Of a DNA stretch of 64,000 nucleotides, positions 61,501 to 64,000 are shown in pieces. Under the pieces are notes generated by a model that saw only the letters and a program-made list of their open reading frames with translations, did not search any database and was not told the DNA's origin. The stretch is taken from NCBI GenBank assembly GCA_963693365.1, contig CAVNZM010000010.1, forward strand, positions 8,743,794 through 8,807,793. The letters run 5' to 3'. The first letter of the stretch is position 1; every line of letters begins with the position of its first letter. The position numbers and the translations under genes were made by a program. Source of the stretch: Amoebidium appalachense (lineage: Eukaryota; Protista; Ichthyosporea).

Positions 61501-61874
61501 GGAAAATATAGACCCAACCGGAGACTTCCCGCGGCGTAGTAGTGCCCGGCCACTCACCGTAAGCCAGTGGGTACAGAGCCTTGGAGACTACTCTGTAGCG
61601 AAGGAACAGCCTGTAGCCCGGGGCTGGTCATCACCACTCAAGTGCGACGAGTCAAAAAGAACGGTCTCGGAGCCTGGGAAGTTATTTATTCTATGTTTAG
61701 AGCTCGCCAACATTCACACCAGTGTAAAACTGAACTTCTTACCGTTACTACCACCTAGTCATCCAACACCTACCCTGCACCTCGTTTCGACGATTTCACC
61801 AATACATCCCTCTCTCAGCCAGGCACCCCAGACCACGTACCCACCCACACTCGCTTATTTCCCCTACCGCCACG

Positions 61875-63259
61875 ATGTTGCAAGACAACGAGGAAGACGC
61901 CCCCGCAGTGCCCGTTGCTGACGTGGAGACACACGCACAGCTGCACCCGCAGGCAACCGCCCCACAGGTAAGCCCGTGCTCATGCCGTCGCAAAGCTCAT
62001 GCGTGTGTGTGTGTGCAGGTGTGCATGTGTGTTTGTGCGTGTTTGTGCTTGATGGTGTACGCGCTTCTGTGTCGACTTCCTTTCTTTCAGCTCATCTTTG
62101 CTTGCTGCCAGCAGGTGTGTGTGTGTGTGTGCGTGCCGTGGGGTGGTTTTGTGCTACCCTGTGGGTGTGCCTGTGTTGAGCAGAGTTGCTTTGTGCTGTG
62201 TGTGCTGGCTGCCTGCGCGTAGCAAAAACTGTAGTTCACCAGGGCGTGTTCGTAGTGTGTGTCGATGTGTGCTTGTTCTTAACGTCTTATGTGTTTGACA
62301 TCATCTAAGAATTACTAACTTTAACCGAGTAGACGGTTGCCGTTTCTTTTCTTTTTAACACTGTGAGACAGTATGCCGTGAGTATTGTGTGTGTGTGTGT
62401 GGTGGTGGTGGTGGTGGGGCGGCAGGGGGGGGGGGGGGGGGGGGGGGGGGAGCGATTAGTGGTTGCGCGATGGGGGGGGGGGAGGGGAGGGGGGGGGGGG
62501 GGGAAGGTGGATGGGCAGGTGGAGTGGAAGGGTTCTGCCTGTGCGCGTACCTGCAACTGCGTCTGTGTATCTTGTTGTGATTTTGCCTTCAACACGATGC
62601 CACACCTTCTTTGAGGGAGTGCATGCACTGGTTCCTACCTGTGTGTGTGTGTGCGTGTGTGCCTGCAAGTGCACGTGTGGGAAGGGTGCCCTGGTTGGGT
62701 CCGTTCGTGTGTGATTGTGCACATGGGGTGGGACAAGGTCGAAGTCGTGGTTATTCTTGATCGTGGTGGTGGACGTGGTGGTGGCAGTGATGGTTTTGGT
62801 GTGGTGGTGGCGCGCGCGCGCGCGCTCGCGTGTGTGTGTGTGTTAGGGGGAGGGGTGAGGTTGGGGGGGTGAGGTTGGGGGGGTGGGGGGAGGGGAGGGG
62901 AATAAGTAGTACATGACGAGAACAAGGCAACAAATGATGTGCTGGTGTGTGTGAGCGCGCGTATGCGTGTGTGGGTGGAAAGGAGGAGGAGGGGAAGGGG
63001 AGGGGAGGGGGGGGGGGGGGGGGGGGGGGGGAGGGAAGGATGGCTGGAATATTTGTCGCCGTTCTGTTGATGCTGCCCTTGTGCGTGCGAGGGGGAGAGT
63101 ACTTGTGGGTGGTGTGTGGCTGTGGCTGAAAGTTGTGTTGGCAGGTGGAGGGGACGGAGGGCAGTGGGCGGACGGAGAGGACGGAGGAGGGGCTGAGCGA
63201 GGAGGAGCAGAAGGCCATTCTAATCAACCAGGTGCTGGAGCTGCAGAACACCCTGGACG
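61875..63259 (+). CDS. SCOC: Short coiled-coil protein (SCOC/Slo1/UNC-69 family), 3'-partial
   Basis: Exons 61875-61967 and 63145-63259. EEEQKAILINQVLELQNTLD matches the conserved SCOC coiled-coil start (LINQVLELQ.TL.D). The remainder lies beyond the window. Confidence 0.85.
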
Positions 63260-63264
63260 GTAGG

Positions 63265-63745
63265 CGCAGCCACACAGGCACAAAGGGAACACAGGGCACA
63301 GCCACACAGGGCACACAGGGCACGGGCAGGCACAGGCAGGCACACAGGGCACATGCAGGTACACAGAGGCACAGACACATACGGGCGCACATAGGCACAC
63401 AGGTACACACAGGCACATACGTGCACAGGGACATACGGGCGCACACAGACACATACGGGCAACGTGTGCACAGGCATATACAGGCACACGGGGCACACAG
63501 CACGCACAGGCACGCACGCACACAGGCAGCGGGCATACACGCATACAGGCGCAGATACACAGACATGCACATGCACACCTGGACACACACATGTTCGGGC
63601 ACACGCAGGCCACGGGCACACACGGGCACAAGCAGACACAGACAAACATATAGACAAGCTCATACACATAGGCACACATAGAGGCATGCATACACAGACA
63701 CGGGCCCACATGCACAAGGGTGTGGGCAGGCACAGGCACGAGAAC
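63265..63745. repeat. Degenerate (cacaggg/cacacagg)-type satellite in a SCOC intron
   Basis: Directly visible low-complexity array. Confidence 0.75.
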
Positions 63746-63904
63746 GAACACACACACACACACCCAATGTTCCACGCAGTGGCAGGAGGCATGCACACAC
63801 AGATGCATGTGTGTGCACACAGCACGTGGCATACACTTCCACAGACAGAACTATCGTTGGTGGCCGTGTGTGGATTCTGTGAAGCCTGTTCCTACACATT
63901 TCCA

Positions 63905-63935
<31 letters not shown>

Positions 63936-64000
63936 ACCACCACCACCTCCTCCCTCTCCCCTCCCCTTCTCTTCCCTTTTTACATGCACATGCGAGCCCC

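Overview
Intron-rich eukaryotic nuclear DNA. A DNA polymerase gamma gene points to an opisthokont, and a unicellular holozoan or similar lineage is my inference. Introns are packed with (CA)n/(TG)n, (CT)n and poly-C/poly-G runs, so most ORFs in the supplied track are artefacts. Splicing GT-AG exons by hand gives eight protein-coding genes: (1) the 3' part of a divergent mitochondrial DNA polymerase gamma (+, to 14213); (2) an intronless, CpG-rich PP2A B56 regulatory subunit (+, 16362-18089); (3) MOCS3/UBA4 (-, 23157-33105); (4) indoleamine 2,3-dioxygenase (+, 36505-39636); (5) a kynurenine-aminotransferase-like PLP enzyme (-, 41456-47639); (6) a type I membrane protein with an Agd3/CBM87-like domain (+, 48593-53520); (7) an IPNS-family 2OG-Fe(II) oxygenase (-, 55160-59586); (8) the 5' part of SCOC (+, from 61875). 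The strongest unexplained signal is a non-coding cluster at about 18.6-21.0 kb downstream of the B56 gene. It holds two copies of a highly base-paired element with a conserved core, a possible long-range pseudoknot and variable helical insertions, plus two copies of a ~110-nt stem-loop with a compensatory base change. All structures were paired by eye, not computed.
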